Source: Chlorokybus atmophyticus (taxonomy: Eukaryota; Plantae; Mesostigma and Chlorokybus algae). From it: 64,000 nt of DNA. Position numbers and translations under genes: made by a program. Shown piece after piece: positions 50,652-64,000 of this stretch; position 1 is the stretch's first letter, and every line of letters begins with the position of its first letter. The notes beneath the pieces are model-generated. The model saw only the letters and a program-made list of their open reading frames with translations. It was not told where the DNA came from and ran no database searches. The stretch is taken from the NCBI GenBank assembly GCA_009103225.1, contig RHPI01001507.1, positions 202,249 to 266,248 of the forward strand. The letters are read 5' to 3'.

Positions 50652-53600
50652 TGTCAGGCAACCTGAAAATAGTCCCCCACTCAATCATGCCAACAAACAA
50701 GGAACACTATGCACAAATAAAAGTGTGCAGAGAAATATCAAGCAAACACACTGCGCTAACGCCCCAAGATGCAACCAAAATGTCAGCTGAACACTAACTT
50801 GCACACACACCACTGCCCTTGGCAACGCAAATGACTCCAGGAATGCCCAAAACCAACCACCAAGTATTCCACAACTGTCCGTTCATCCTACAAAGATGGG
50901 CCGACTGAAACAACTCTCTCGTCTGAGAGTGGATGAGGTCAACATGAAGTCAACTCTGCTGCAGTACAAAACATACTGATGTGGAGTACTAAAGGCCAAG
51001 CTACCACCTGCAGAATCAACAACAGTCTGCACGCCGCCAACCTATAATTGAACATTGGTGCATAGCCAGTGCACGGGCATAATTGTGCTGACCCGAAATA
51101 AGCCGAAATAAGCGTTCAGTCATCTAGTTTTCGCGCTGACGTTGCAGCATCAGCGCAACGATGAGCGACATACAGACGGTTGACTAAACAGCGCGATGAG
51201 GTTGTACGGCTTCACCAAGCCAAAGCCGGGGTACAGCTAAGCTGAAAGGCAAGCAAGCTATAATGAACACATGCAGGACACCGTAATCCTCAACACAAGT
51301 ACCATGACCTATGGATTGAGGCTAGGGCTTTGGCCGTGACAGGACTGCCTCAGCGGCGCAGCAATTTCAAGCACAACGCAAGGAAGCTTACCAGCGTGAC
51401 TTGGCCGTCGTCGCCAGAGCCGAGCCCGTGGACGACCCTGCTACAGCCCCCTGCGCCATCGCCTGAACCCACCCATCTTGGCACAACAGCAGCAGCAGAG
51501 TCTAGGGTTTCAACCAGAAAAGTGTCCGCTCCGCCCCAGTAGAGAAGCACAGCAACCTCGCGATTGGTAGCGCCGCCGCCGCCACCCCTTGCCCCTCTTC
51601 GCAAGCTCCACCCTCAGCACGCCCCTAAACAACAACGTCGGCGGCGACAGACACGGCGATGGCAGGGATAGCGGCGGCGATAGACCATAACTGCTCAGCC
51701 ATGCCGCGTGTACTAGCGGGTCCTAAACCCACCCCAGTCGAATACAAACACAGTCACTCATGTAACCAAGGCATCAGCCTTCGCGACGGCTCAAAGTGTG
51801 AGCCCAAATTATTGGGTACAAGTTGCATCAACTCTGTTGATTCAACTGCGCGGTTCAGGGTATCTGTCCTAATTGAAGCCGGGACCATGGGGATTTTTTG
51901 CCTGCTTCTCGCGGTAAAACGCGTATCCTTAGCACAGAAACGTGGTTAACGGCTAACAATATCAGGTCAGCCTGTTCAGAACAACACGTGGTTAACCGTT
52001 TAAACGAACCGGCGTGTGGCGCAGCGTCTACCGGTCAGGTCTGCCAGTTTGGGATTGTGCAGGTCTTTGGCCGGTGCACATGGCGCACACACACCATGTA
52101 GTCATGTCAAGTGACAAGTTTACTCAGTGCATAGCTTATGCACAAAATAAGTGGAGTCAATAACGTTGGTATGCAAATTGCAATTTTGAGTCGAACCGAA
52201 ATATGATAAAACGACATTATGATAACACAATTTAATTATTCTTGATTAGGGTCTTTGTTCGTTTGTAGATGCATGAACTTAAGTTCAAACCTAAGCCTAT
52301 ATGCGATACGCATAATGATACAATAAAAACGCATAGCGCACACCAACGGGACAGGTTGTATAAGGGTAGTGTAAAGAGCAGATCGAATGCTAGCGCAATG
52401 GTGAGTTTATTTGATGAGTGTTGCACGCATGTCAGTGTTATTGTCAGCATATGCATGCAAACTTTGTGGCATACCCTTTGTATACATACCCGGCAAGGTT
52501 CCAAATTGCCTTTTTGGTTAGCGCACAAAGTTGTTGTCGTATAAGTTGCGCAGCACGTGCTGCCCTTTGACTTGAGATGCATCAGAGGTGTAGCTATACG
52601 CCATAACTCATGGCGTGCCTAGATGTGTCCTTCCTGTAGAAGTTTACAGGGCATATCAATCACATCTCTCATTTACGGTTGTTAACAATGTAATATTTAA
52701 TGTTCAACTTATAGTTGAACTTATTATAATGATAAAGCAAGTACCACAATGAAGCCGTCGTTACGCGATCTAGAGCATAACAACATATTGATAGTAATTA
52801 GTACACTACCACTACTCATTTAATTAATGAACTTAATAATACATTAACTCTATTACGACTTCTTTAAAATTGCTACAAATTGATGTAATTTGCTTAATGC
52901 CCTGATATGTTATATATTTACACATATATGTTACGTGGTGTATATTCACCCACGACTTGTAATCCTACATGATTTAATTACTTGTCACTTCCCTTTCACG
53001 TACTTGCTGTACAATTTAGCAAACCCATGCACAAGCTAAAGCAATAGGGGTTTACAGCACTTAATAGATGGATGCCACCAAGCAGCACAACATCTCAATA
53101 TGTAGTTACAAACACCTCTCCTCTGCACACGCACTGTGTTTACACGTGGCACGCTTTATACACACGCATGCACAGCGGGAAACATGATATGCGCGTCTTT
53201 TACGTAGAGGTGCGTGATTCGACCACTTGCCCTAATGCAATGGTAATTTTACATGTTACAACATTATCCTTAAATAATAGCAATTGTGATAGTAAATCCA
53301 AATCTTGAGTTTAAGAATACAAGCTTCTAAAGTACAAACAAAAACGATCGAATATAGCCATTGATACAAACGACAACGATCAAGTATAGCCATTGGAATC
53401 TTCATTCATGATATGTCATGTGATAAGCAAGCTTGGAGTTTAACGGCAACTTTAACATCTGTAACAATGTAATGCTAGGTGACTTAAGTGATTACAGCTT
53501 GCGCATTTTTTTTTGATTCGTAAAAAAGTTGATGTATTGCAAAGCTCACGACTCATACAAGCTACTACCGTGGTTTTGTTCAATATGCATAGTCAATCAA

Positions 53601-54167
53601 AAGTGATAAGCAATGCAATTTACAAGTAGTTTAGTTATGAATAACTTTTTCAGTGTGCCGGACTGCGCTACCCATCTTACTTTAACACTGTAATTCAACC
53701 TTGAATTCATTAAAACTGATTACCAGTACCAATATCGCCACATAGCTCAATTTCATGGCTATCGCAAATATACAGACGTTACCGCAACATAATGAGCATA
53801 GCCCATGCGGAGCTTTATATGGCGAAAATGGGCAAATAAAGGCACATGTGCCCTATTGCACATGTCGGTGTACATTGAGACCAGGGCGACATACTTTATC
53901 GCCTATAATATAGCAATTGACCTTATGGCAAGGTCACCTAGCCATAAGGTGAGTTAAACATCCAAGCATTAGGCATATTACATGACATAGTACAGATTCA
54001 ATCGCTCACCGCATGTTGTAGCGCCACCTAGCACGATGAGAACACTCTAGTTCGGAGTTAAGCTTCATATGAAGCCCAAGGAGGCTTTTAGCCCGTGCAA
54101 ACCAACGCTGTATTGCACTTGAGCCCTTGCCTGCTTGAGCACCTGCCCATCAATAAGTTGCTGTGCA

Positions 54168-54170
<3 letters not shown>

Positions 54171-54251
<81 letters not shown>

Positions 54252-54668
54252 NNNNNNNNNNNNNNNNNNNNNNNNNNNNNNNNNNNNNNNNNNNNNNNNN
54301 NNNNNNNNNNNNNNNNNNNNNNNNNNNNNNNNNNNNNNNNNNNNNNNNNNNNNNNNNNNNNNNNNNNNNNNNNNNNNNNNNNNNNNNNNNNNNNNNNNNN
54401 NNNNNNNNNNNNNNNNNNNNNNNNNNNNNNNNNNNNNNNNNNNNNNNNNNNNNNNNNNNNNNNNNNNNNNNNNNNNNNNNNNNNNNNNNNNNNNNNNNNN
54501 NNNNNNNNNNNNNNNNNNNNNNNNNNNNNNNNNNNNNNNNNNNNNNNNNNNNNNNNNNNNNNNNNNNNNNNNNNNNNNNNNNNNNNNNNNNNNNNNNNNN
54601 NNNNNNNNNNNNNNNNNNNNNNNNNNNNNNNNNNNNNNNNNNNNNNNNNNNNNNNNNNNNNNNNNNNN

Positions 54669-54698
<30 letters not shown>
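54171..54698. repeat. (GA)n microsatellite flanking an assembly gap (N 54252-54668)
   Basis: Direct reading of the sequence. Confidence 0.95.
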
Positions 54699-54703
<5 letters not shown>

Positions 54704-57241
54704 CACTGGTATTGTCCAGCAACATCACCCTTGAGCTTGTCCACGGTAGTTGAGTGGGGGGAGGCGATCGTCTACAGCGCTTTTGTTGTCACAACATCAT
54801 GGTATGGTGGAGAAGCCGAGGCTTTGCATTTGGATGTAGTTGAAGGGGGAAAGACACAGTGCAAGCCAGACGAGCATCCAGACGCATAGCGGTAGTAAAT
54901 GTGTCTACCATCACGCAGCGGCCTCCGTCCTGTAGATGAGGCTTTTTATTACTAATTGAGTGCTCCACTCTCTCTAGTTGTTTTTCTTGTTGTTGTTGAT
55001 GGTGATGTGTTGACAAGCCCGCCTTTGTCACCAGCATCATCTTCATCGTTGGTGTTGGTGTGATTCGCGCCTTCGTGCCAGAAGCAAACAGGAGGTAGTG
55101 ACCATCATATTTATTGCGTTGCACATGCACTTTTGTGTTTGCTTGTACTTGTAGTACAAGCTCAATAAACAGGTAACCTCCGCCACCTGGTAAAAGAAGC
55201 CCCCGTGTGTGTCTTTTTGCAACCATGCAATGGTGGCATTCAGCGTGGAGGTGTGCATGCGCGCGTGTTTGTGTGTCTATGCTTACTGATTAGCAGTACG
55301 CGTGTAACACTTACAAGTGTGTACACAGACGTATATGCATACACGCACGCGCGCATGTACTCACTTCATCGCACATTGCTACCTCGGCGTGAGAGAAAGC
55401 GTGCGTGCGTGCGCGCGTGCGCGCAGTTGTTGTGAATTGTTAGCTCCGACTTGATGAACACCAAACATTTATTCGTTTTATTCACGGCGCTTACAACTAC
55501 AGGGTCCATGCCTGAGCCACACCCCCACTCCTGCACAGTAAACAATGCGCCTGCCTTTACAAGAGCCGGCTCTACCCACTACCATATTATTCGTTTATGA
55601 GGCATGCACAATGCGTGTCACGCGTGTGAAAGCAATCCGGAAGAGCCCATGAATTGTACTGACAAACCACTGCGTTTGTTGTGCTCTGGCCAATGTCCTC
55701 CACTTCTTCCGCACACAAACTCACTGCCTGCATGTAATGACTGGGCAGCCCGGGAAGGTGTTGTGGTTTTGTAAGGTGAACTTGTTGATCATACCGTCAA
55801 CTGCACATCACAACACAGTAGTGAGACGCCAAACAGTAGTGAGACGCCATCATCGTCACATTACACACGCATGCACACACGCATGTACAAGCAAGCACAC
55901 AACACGGTAGCAAACTTTGGCTTGCTGTACATGCACCCAACATGTACCTTGTGCGTTGTCGTTGATGTTGTGCAGCGTCTGCCTGAACATCACCACCACC
56001 TCTTGTTGGCACTGTTGATAATAGTACTGAATACTATTCAGCAATCCCGCCGTCGCCTCTCTCGCGAGTGCATTCAGCCTCTCACTCCCAGTATCACTCA
56101 AGGCTTGTCCCACAGTGATCTCGCCATAGTAACTCTTGATGAAAGCGGCGTTGGCAGCGTTGCCGCCGGCGAAAGCGTTGTACAACTTGGTGTAGGGTCT
56201 CAAGTTGATAGGGAAGCGGCAAGGGTGGGTGTTGGCACTGTTAATGGCCCAGGTGAGGGGGGGACACGCCTGCGAGCCGAGAAAACGACCGTGCGGGAAA
56301 GTGGTCGTCCTGCGGGTGAGTGGGTGGGTGGGTGGATAAGTGTGTGTGTGTGCGTGTGGTCAGTAACATGTGACTAAGCTTACTTTTTGGGGCATTGTGG
56401 AGGTGCAGCACTAACAACGTTGATGCTGATGGAGGAAGAGGTGGACTGCCCCGCTACTGTGATTGTGAGGGCGATCTTCCTTGCTCCGGCACTGTTGTAC
56501 TGGCAAAGCCCCTCCACAGTAGACTGCACAAATGCATAATAGTTGGGGTTCACGCACGCGCACGCACACGCACACGCACACGCACACGCACACTCACACT
56601 CATACTTACCACAGAGTCTGGTCCGCACTCCAGGCTGCGTATGATACTCTCCTCTCCGATGCACGTCGCATAGTTGGTGACGCTGTCCCTTATGGCAATG
56701 CTATCCCCCACAACCAGCGTGCTGCTCCCCGTGTTGGCATTCACCGCATACGCCTCATCGATCGTCACCACAACAGGGTTGAGAGTGAGTGTTGCTGTGA
56801 GTGTCTCCGCGGGGCAATCCATTACATTGACGGACCCTTCCGATATCCTCACACGAATGGTGTTTATCTTTCCAGCTTTGAGCAAAGGGTAAGCGTATGG
56901 GCTGAAGACGTGACCCGAGCCCGAGAAGATATCGTCCGTGCCGTCGTTGTCAATGTCGTATGAGATTGTGCGGGTTTGACCCTCACAACCACGACTCGTG
57001 CCGTAGGTTGCAGCCAACAAGGCTGTCCCGCACACGTCAGCGGGAGCTACCTGCGCCGAGGCTCTGCATGCATAGCATTGTGGTGTGGTTACACATTGGC
57101 TGCTTGGTGTGGGTGGGTGGGTGGGTGCGTGCGTGCGTGTGTGCGTTGTGTCACTCACTCGCTGTCGGCGCCAAGGGTGGTGCTTGCGCTCAAGCCAAAT
57201 GCCCACTTGCCGTACTGAATGACACACACAAGAACACATCA

Positions 57242-57242
<1 letters not shown>

Positions 57243-57323
<81 letters not shown>
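57243..57323. repeat. (GA)n intronic microsatellite of copy A, matched by (CT)n at ~63173-63290 in the same intron of copy B
   Basis: Both tracts follow the ...WP|GTAC donor in the two paralogs. Confidence 0.9.
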
Positions 57324-57326
<3 letters not shown>

Positions 57327-57634
57327 TACCGGCCAGTAGAACGGTATGTTGCCCAGCATCTGAGTCACCACCGCTTGGGCTGGTGTGCCAGCGCCAGGCA
57401 GGCTGTAATGCCGACTCGTGCCGGCAACCGCATACCCTTCTTGCGCTGTTGTTACACAAACACGCAAAGGATCAGAACACAACACAGTAACAAAGACCAG
57501 CAACAACATTAACAGTGGCGCTTGCAGGTGGACAGGTACCATTGTATACGCATCTGGTGTCCTCCGTGTACAGCAAGAGGATGTACACGTTCTCCGTGTC
57601 CATGACAAGGATGACTTGGAAGGTTGCTGTCGAG

Positions 57635-57704
57635 TCGCTGTTGAGAGGATAGTAGCCCACCTGCATGCATGCATGCAGGTGGGCTACTATCCTCTCAACA
57701 GCGA
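57635..57704. repeat. Perfect 70-bp loop-less palindrome spanning a 3' splice site of NIDO copy A
   Basis: TCGCTGTTGAGAGGATAGTAGCCCACCTGCATGCA|TGCATGCAGGTGGGCTACTATCCTCTCAACAGCGA; centre between 57669 and 57670. Confidence 0.95.
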
Positions 57705-60700
57705 GCCACAAGAGAGCAACACACACAAAGTGCCATTCTGGCTGGTAGTTAACGTTGCTCAACCCTGTGAGAGGAAACAACAGCACAGTGTGCACACACG
57801 CATGCATACGCGTGCGCCTGCGTGACAAATGTGCGTGCACGCAAGCTTGTGCTCAATGGTGCGCACATTTGTGTATGTGTGCTCACCTTTCTCCACGTTG
57901 CAAGGACAGCAGCCTGTGCCTGGAAATACATAGCCGTCGGGTCGTAGTAGAATATGGCTCTCACATCAATGCTCAGGTGATCGAGCATGCCCGTGTCATC
58001 GGGTGCGGTGAGGGCTCTGTACGTGACCTCTCCACACGTGTCGCACCGCGTGTCGAGGTCGGTCCACGACACTGTCGTGCGCAGAAGAGAGCGGGAAGGT
58101 TGCCGGCTCGTAGTCGGAGGAAGGAGAGGAGAAGGAGATGTAGCCGTTGGTGTTGATGTACACGCCGCTCACGCCGTCAACGCCAAAGACAGGAACGGGG
58201 AAAGGCAAGGCCACCAATGGTGAAGAGTTGTCATCACCCCTGTTGAAAGACACCATCATATTGGTCTCTGACACGCATGCACAGGCACAGGCGCACATGT
58301 GCTGCGTGCACAAGCACCAAGTGTTGTGAAAGGAGTGTGGTGTGTATGCCACTTCCTTGTAGCATGTACGTGCATGATGCGGCAGTACGTTATTCAGATG
58401 TGTAACACATATCCACAGAAAGATTCACTGTTCTCACTTGTCAAGCACAGTGTCTCCATATTCGCCTCCGAAAAAATAGAAGTCGCTCTCAGCAGTGAGG
58501 GCCGAGGCAAAACGGTTGGGCTTTACATTGCACGCTAGGAGGCAAAGGGCCAGGAGCGGCAGCCATGACAAGCGAGGAGCCATGGTTGGGGAAGATGGTG
58601 TTGTGCGCATGGGCTTGCTGCCAGTGGGTCCTACACTATACAATACAGTCATTCTCAGCATGAGTAGACAGCCATGACTTACAGTGCCAACAGTGCCAAC
58701 AGCAATCTGCACGTCACAACTAACTTCCCGACAACTCACCTGTGCTCTCCACACGCCGCTGCAAGGCGGCGCACTCACACACAAGATGTTAAAGTGAAGC
58801 TCTCTCTCACTTATTGCTTACATACGCACTTCCGCGGCCCCAGACTACACCAAGAGGATAGCGACGGAGCTTGAGAGGTGCTGGACGGATGTTGCAAACA
58901 TATGTAATAAAAATAAACATCTCCTCTGCCATTTTTGCGCGCGTGTCAGCACCGTGCAATGTTCCGTGCGTACACCCAGACACTGCCTAGGCTAGCAGGC
59001 GGGGGACAAGGCTACGTGCCTACCTACGTGACAGCAAACATGCCGCCTAAGGGTAGGCTACCACCATATAGGCATATGTGCTGTATTGCCGCCGGGCTGC
59101 TTGGCAAGCCGAGGTTGTGTCCGTTCAAGAACGGAGTGTGCGAGGAATGCTGGCATGATAAGCAAAGAACCACCAGGACCACCTAGGATGAACACCCTAC
59201 ACTGGTTGTTGTTGTGACGTCAGTAACGTGACGGTGCCACTGTGCAATGCGTCGTTTTCGAGACATGGGGTCATGTCACAGGAGCAAGCCCGTCTCTCGC
59301 TAACGGTAAATGCAACCTGTTGACAGTTCACGTCTGCTTTTGCGGTGACACACCACCCGCGGCCCATACATGGACGCGCCGCGGAGCCGTGGCTGTATTG
59401 GGCGTACGTACTAGGTAACCACGCTGCTGTTAGGCCTGCTTGAAGTCGCAGTCGTGCTACGCACGCACCACATGCTTGTTGTTTGCTGGCTTGGTAATAC
59501 ATGGCGGGGACCGTGCCATCAACTGACAGTACGGTGCATTGGGTATCGGACTCCAAAACATCTTTCATCAAAGTAGGATGGTAATGGTCGTAGTTCTATT
59601 TCGGGCAGTGTTATCTTAGTTGTAGAGTTGGTGAGAAGTACAGTCCTCTACCGTAATACGAATCATCGTTTATCTTGAAGCTTGCCATTCCACTGACCGG
59701 GGTATTCTCGTGATGCCAAGAAGGGAGTAAAGTCTACATTCACGGGAATAATTCTGCTATGAATAAGGGTTTGCACCTACAACCTCATGCCACGTCATCA
59801 ATTACTGACGTGACCATAAAATGTGCTATATACATATATTGTGATTACATGTTATATATTAAACACGTCATATATTCATAACATAGTACCGTAATACTAA
59901 CTTAAAAAATACTCATGCTTTTAACGAGGTAATCCCTCATTTTTAGCCTGAACACACTATAAACATTGAGCCTTTGCTGTTGTCTTATGTTGTAAGGGAT
60001 TAATTTCTTGGCCAACAAAAGCTACATATTAACATTGCCAACAACTAATCTGTGGGTTCACATACGTTTCGTGCTGATGAGTTAAGTAACTCTGCACCTT
60101 TCCCGCATACCAGGCCCCATCCAAGGGCCAGTACACTTTCACCGCGCGCCCGACCAACTTGGGCCTTTCAAAAAGGTCGATGCGTAACTTGTGAAAGCCA
60201 CCATCCAGAGAGAACTTCGGCTCCTCGCCTATTGCGGCTTACTGCGGCTCCCAGCAGCTCTTCATCCACTAATCTTTCGATGTTGCATATGCAGCATCAT
60301 TGCGTTTCAAGTATTGAAGGTTGTACACCTAACGATAAGTGTGTAGCTTAATTACTCTATAAACTGCTCCCATTTTCTCAAACGCTTAGAAGTTAATTCT
60401 CTTAAAAGGGTAGCTTAACACAGATTGGCCCAATCCACTATAGCTACACGGCGTAGTTTTTAAGGTGTTTTACGGCGTAAACCCGCTCTTAGCGGCACGG
60501 TTCCAATTTTGCCATCCAGCACACGTATATTATATCATGTTGCATGCATGCTTGCATGACCAACGGGGTGGTCGTATAGCTAGTGGCTTACATGATGTGA
60601 TGGTATAACACGGAGGCCAAGTGTATATGAAAGTGAGTGCATGATGCATGATGTTGCTATGCTGCATGTTGCAAATGACATAATGCATGACCAACGACAC

Positions 60701-62068
60701 TGCGCATTATATGTATATGTGGCGTGGCTTGTGGGCAGGAAGCACGTAGGGTTGCATGGTAGGGGCTGGAACTACGGTCGGTTTGCAGTGGGGGCTTACA
60801 GTGACAATAAGCAACATGGTCGCGGCCCCGCGGCTCGTTAGCGGACAGCTACCATGCTGATGTTTTTCACAAACCTATCGATTGTGACAACCATGGTGCA
60901 TCATCAGCATGTGCAGGGTCATGCCATAAAATTTCGCTTTTTGCGTAAATTTGGCATGCAACAACAACTTCTTTTCGATAGTAAATATTAAATATGAAGG
61001 GCTATCGATCGCAACAAACATAATGGAAAATGATTAAGTATAGCCATCAAGGGATTATTGTAAGGATTACAATTCAAAAAGTCTTGTCTTGAGTTTCACA
61101 GCTACCTTTAGCTATAACACTGCAACCAACTTACGCTATCATGTATTTCGCAATACTTGTTCAAGCGAGGTCATAACAAGTTTCTTGAAAAGTTCACGAT
61201 AAGTACAAGCCACTCCCTAAGTCTTGCACAATCTGACGCGGTCTAGCACAAGTTATTACAGCGTAACACAAAGTGACCGTATAAGGGAACGTTTTCTTAA
61301 AGCGGCAATGATCTTGAGATGCCTCGTGTTGAGACTCTCAGCAACTTTAAACGGTGGCCGACAGTCACGCCCGCCACCGTTCGCCACTCAAAGCCAATGA
61401 CATGTCGCTTTAACAAGTGGCGGGCGATGCACTCCAACAGATTCTTGGCATGCATCGCTCGCACACTCCATTCTTGGGCGGCACGGTCTCGGCTCACTAA
61501 GCAGCAGCAGCACATGCATATGTAATGGTAGCCTACGTTCTGCCCTACCACTTGCAGGCAAGCAGCGTGCCATGTAGGTTGCATGTAGGTGTCACGTAGG
61601 TCCATATAGCGCTGGTGTGCTCCGCCTGCTAGCCTACAGATGGCTCAGATAGAGAGGTGTAGGCCTATGTACGGAACCTAGAACGGTGCTGGCATGTTGC
61701 GCAAAAGTTGCGTAGGAAATGGTCTTTGAAACTTTCTCTTGTCTTCATTTCCGAATCATCTGTCACCTCTCGAGCTCTGTCGCTATCCTCTTCGTGTAGT
61801 CTCTCGGGGCAGCGGGAGAGTGCGTATATTAAAAGTGATAAGCGCTAGCTTTTACCGAAACATTTTGTGTGTGACTGCGCCGCCTTGCAACCGCTGCGTG
61901 TTGCAAAGTACAGGTGAGTTGCCGAGTCAAAGTGGAGGTGTTGGCACTGTTGCGTATGTGTGTCGTATGGCTGTACAGACCCATCTCATGCTGACATTAC
62001 ACAACTCAACTCAAGGTTGAGTTGTGTATAACAGCAAACCCATACACACAACGCCTTCTTCCCCAACC

Positions 62069-64000
<1,932 letters not shown>

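Larger units (their letters stand above)
54065..58583 (-). pseudogene. Copy A of a secreted NIDO + PKD-like + PDF1-like modular gene; 11-nt frameshifting deletion near 58063; 3' end uncertain
   Basis: Signal peptide MAPRLSWLPLLALCLLAC; NIDO motifs GDDNSS..LPFP..FG...YINTNGYISF, IATW..V, TFQVIL, YYSLPG, PYGKWAF; YDIDNDGTDD; QALSDTGSERLNALAREATAGLLNS. Lacks CAGGCATGTGG present in copy B. Confidence 0.75.

Noticed and set aside
51940-52010. Repeated ACGTGGTTAAC (G-box/MSA-like) upstream of the MATH-P4H gene
   Set aside because: Two short copies could be chance; no evidence of function from sequence alone.
59040-59600. Cys-containing frames (CPFKNGVCEECWH) as a possible CxC/KDZ transposase relic
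   Set aside because: The motif falls in the duplicated upstream region shared with ~61440-61500 and is closed by stops; no supporting domain.

Overview
Eukaryotic nuclear DNA from a green-lineage organism, most likely a green alga or early streptophyte (plastid alpha-amylase, thylakoid lumen TL15, mTERF, PILS, telo-boxes). Genes are intron-rich with GT-AG introns full of CA/TG low-complexity sequence, so most of the supplied ORF track is noise; real genes were assembled by hand from exons. Order: partial hypothetical gene (-), repeat/TE zone (GGACC-motif clusters, tRNA-like relic, decayed Ty3/Gypsy with one LTR and PBS), alpha-amylase (+), TL15 (-), mTERF (-), eIF2-gamma (-), type I membrane protein (+), phosphatidylinositol synthase (-), cathepsin X/Z-like protease (+), ceramide kinase (+), PILS (+), MATH-domain/prolyl 4-hydroxylase fusion (-), and a head-to-head inverted duplication of a secreted NIDO + PKD-like + PDF1-like gene in which both copies carry disabling lesions. 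The most interesting items are the apparently signal-less MATH-P4H fusion, the NIDO/PKD/PDF1-like architecture, a 70-bp perfect palindrome over a splice acceptor, and a tandem hairpin repeat with a paired substitution. The assembly has two N gaps, single Ns and one probable mis-assembled duplicate.
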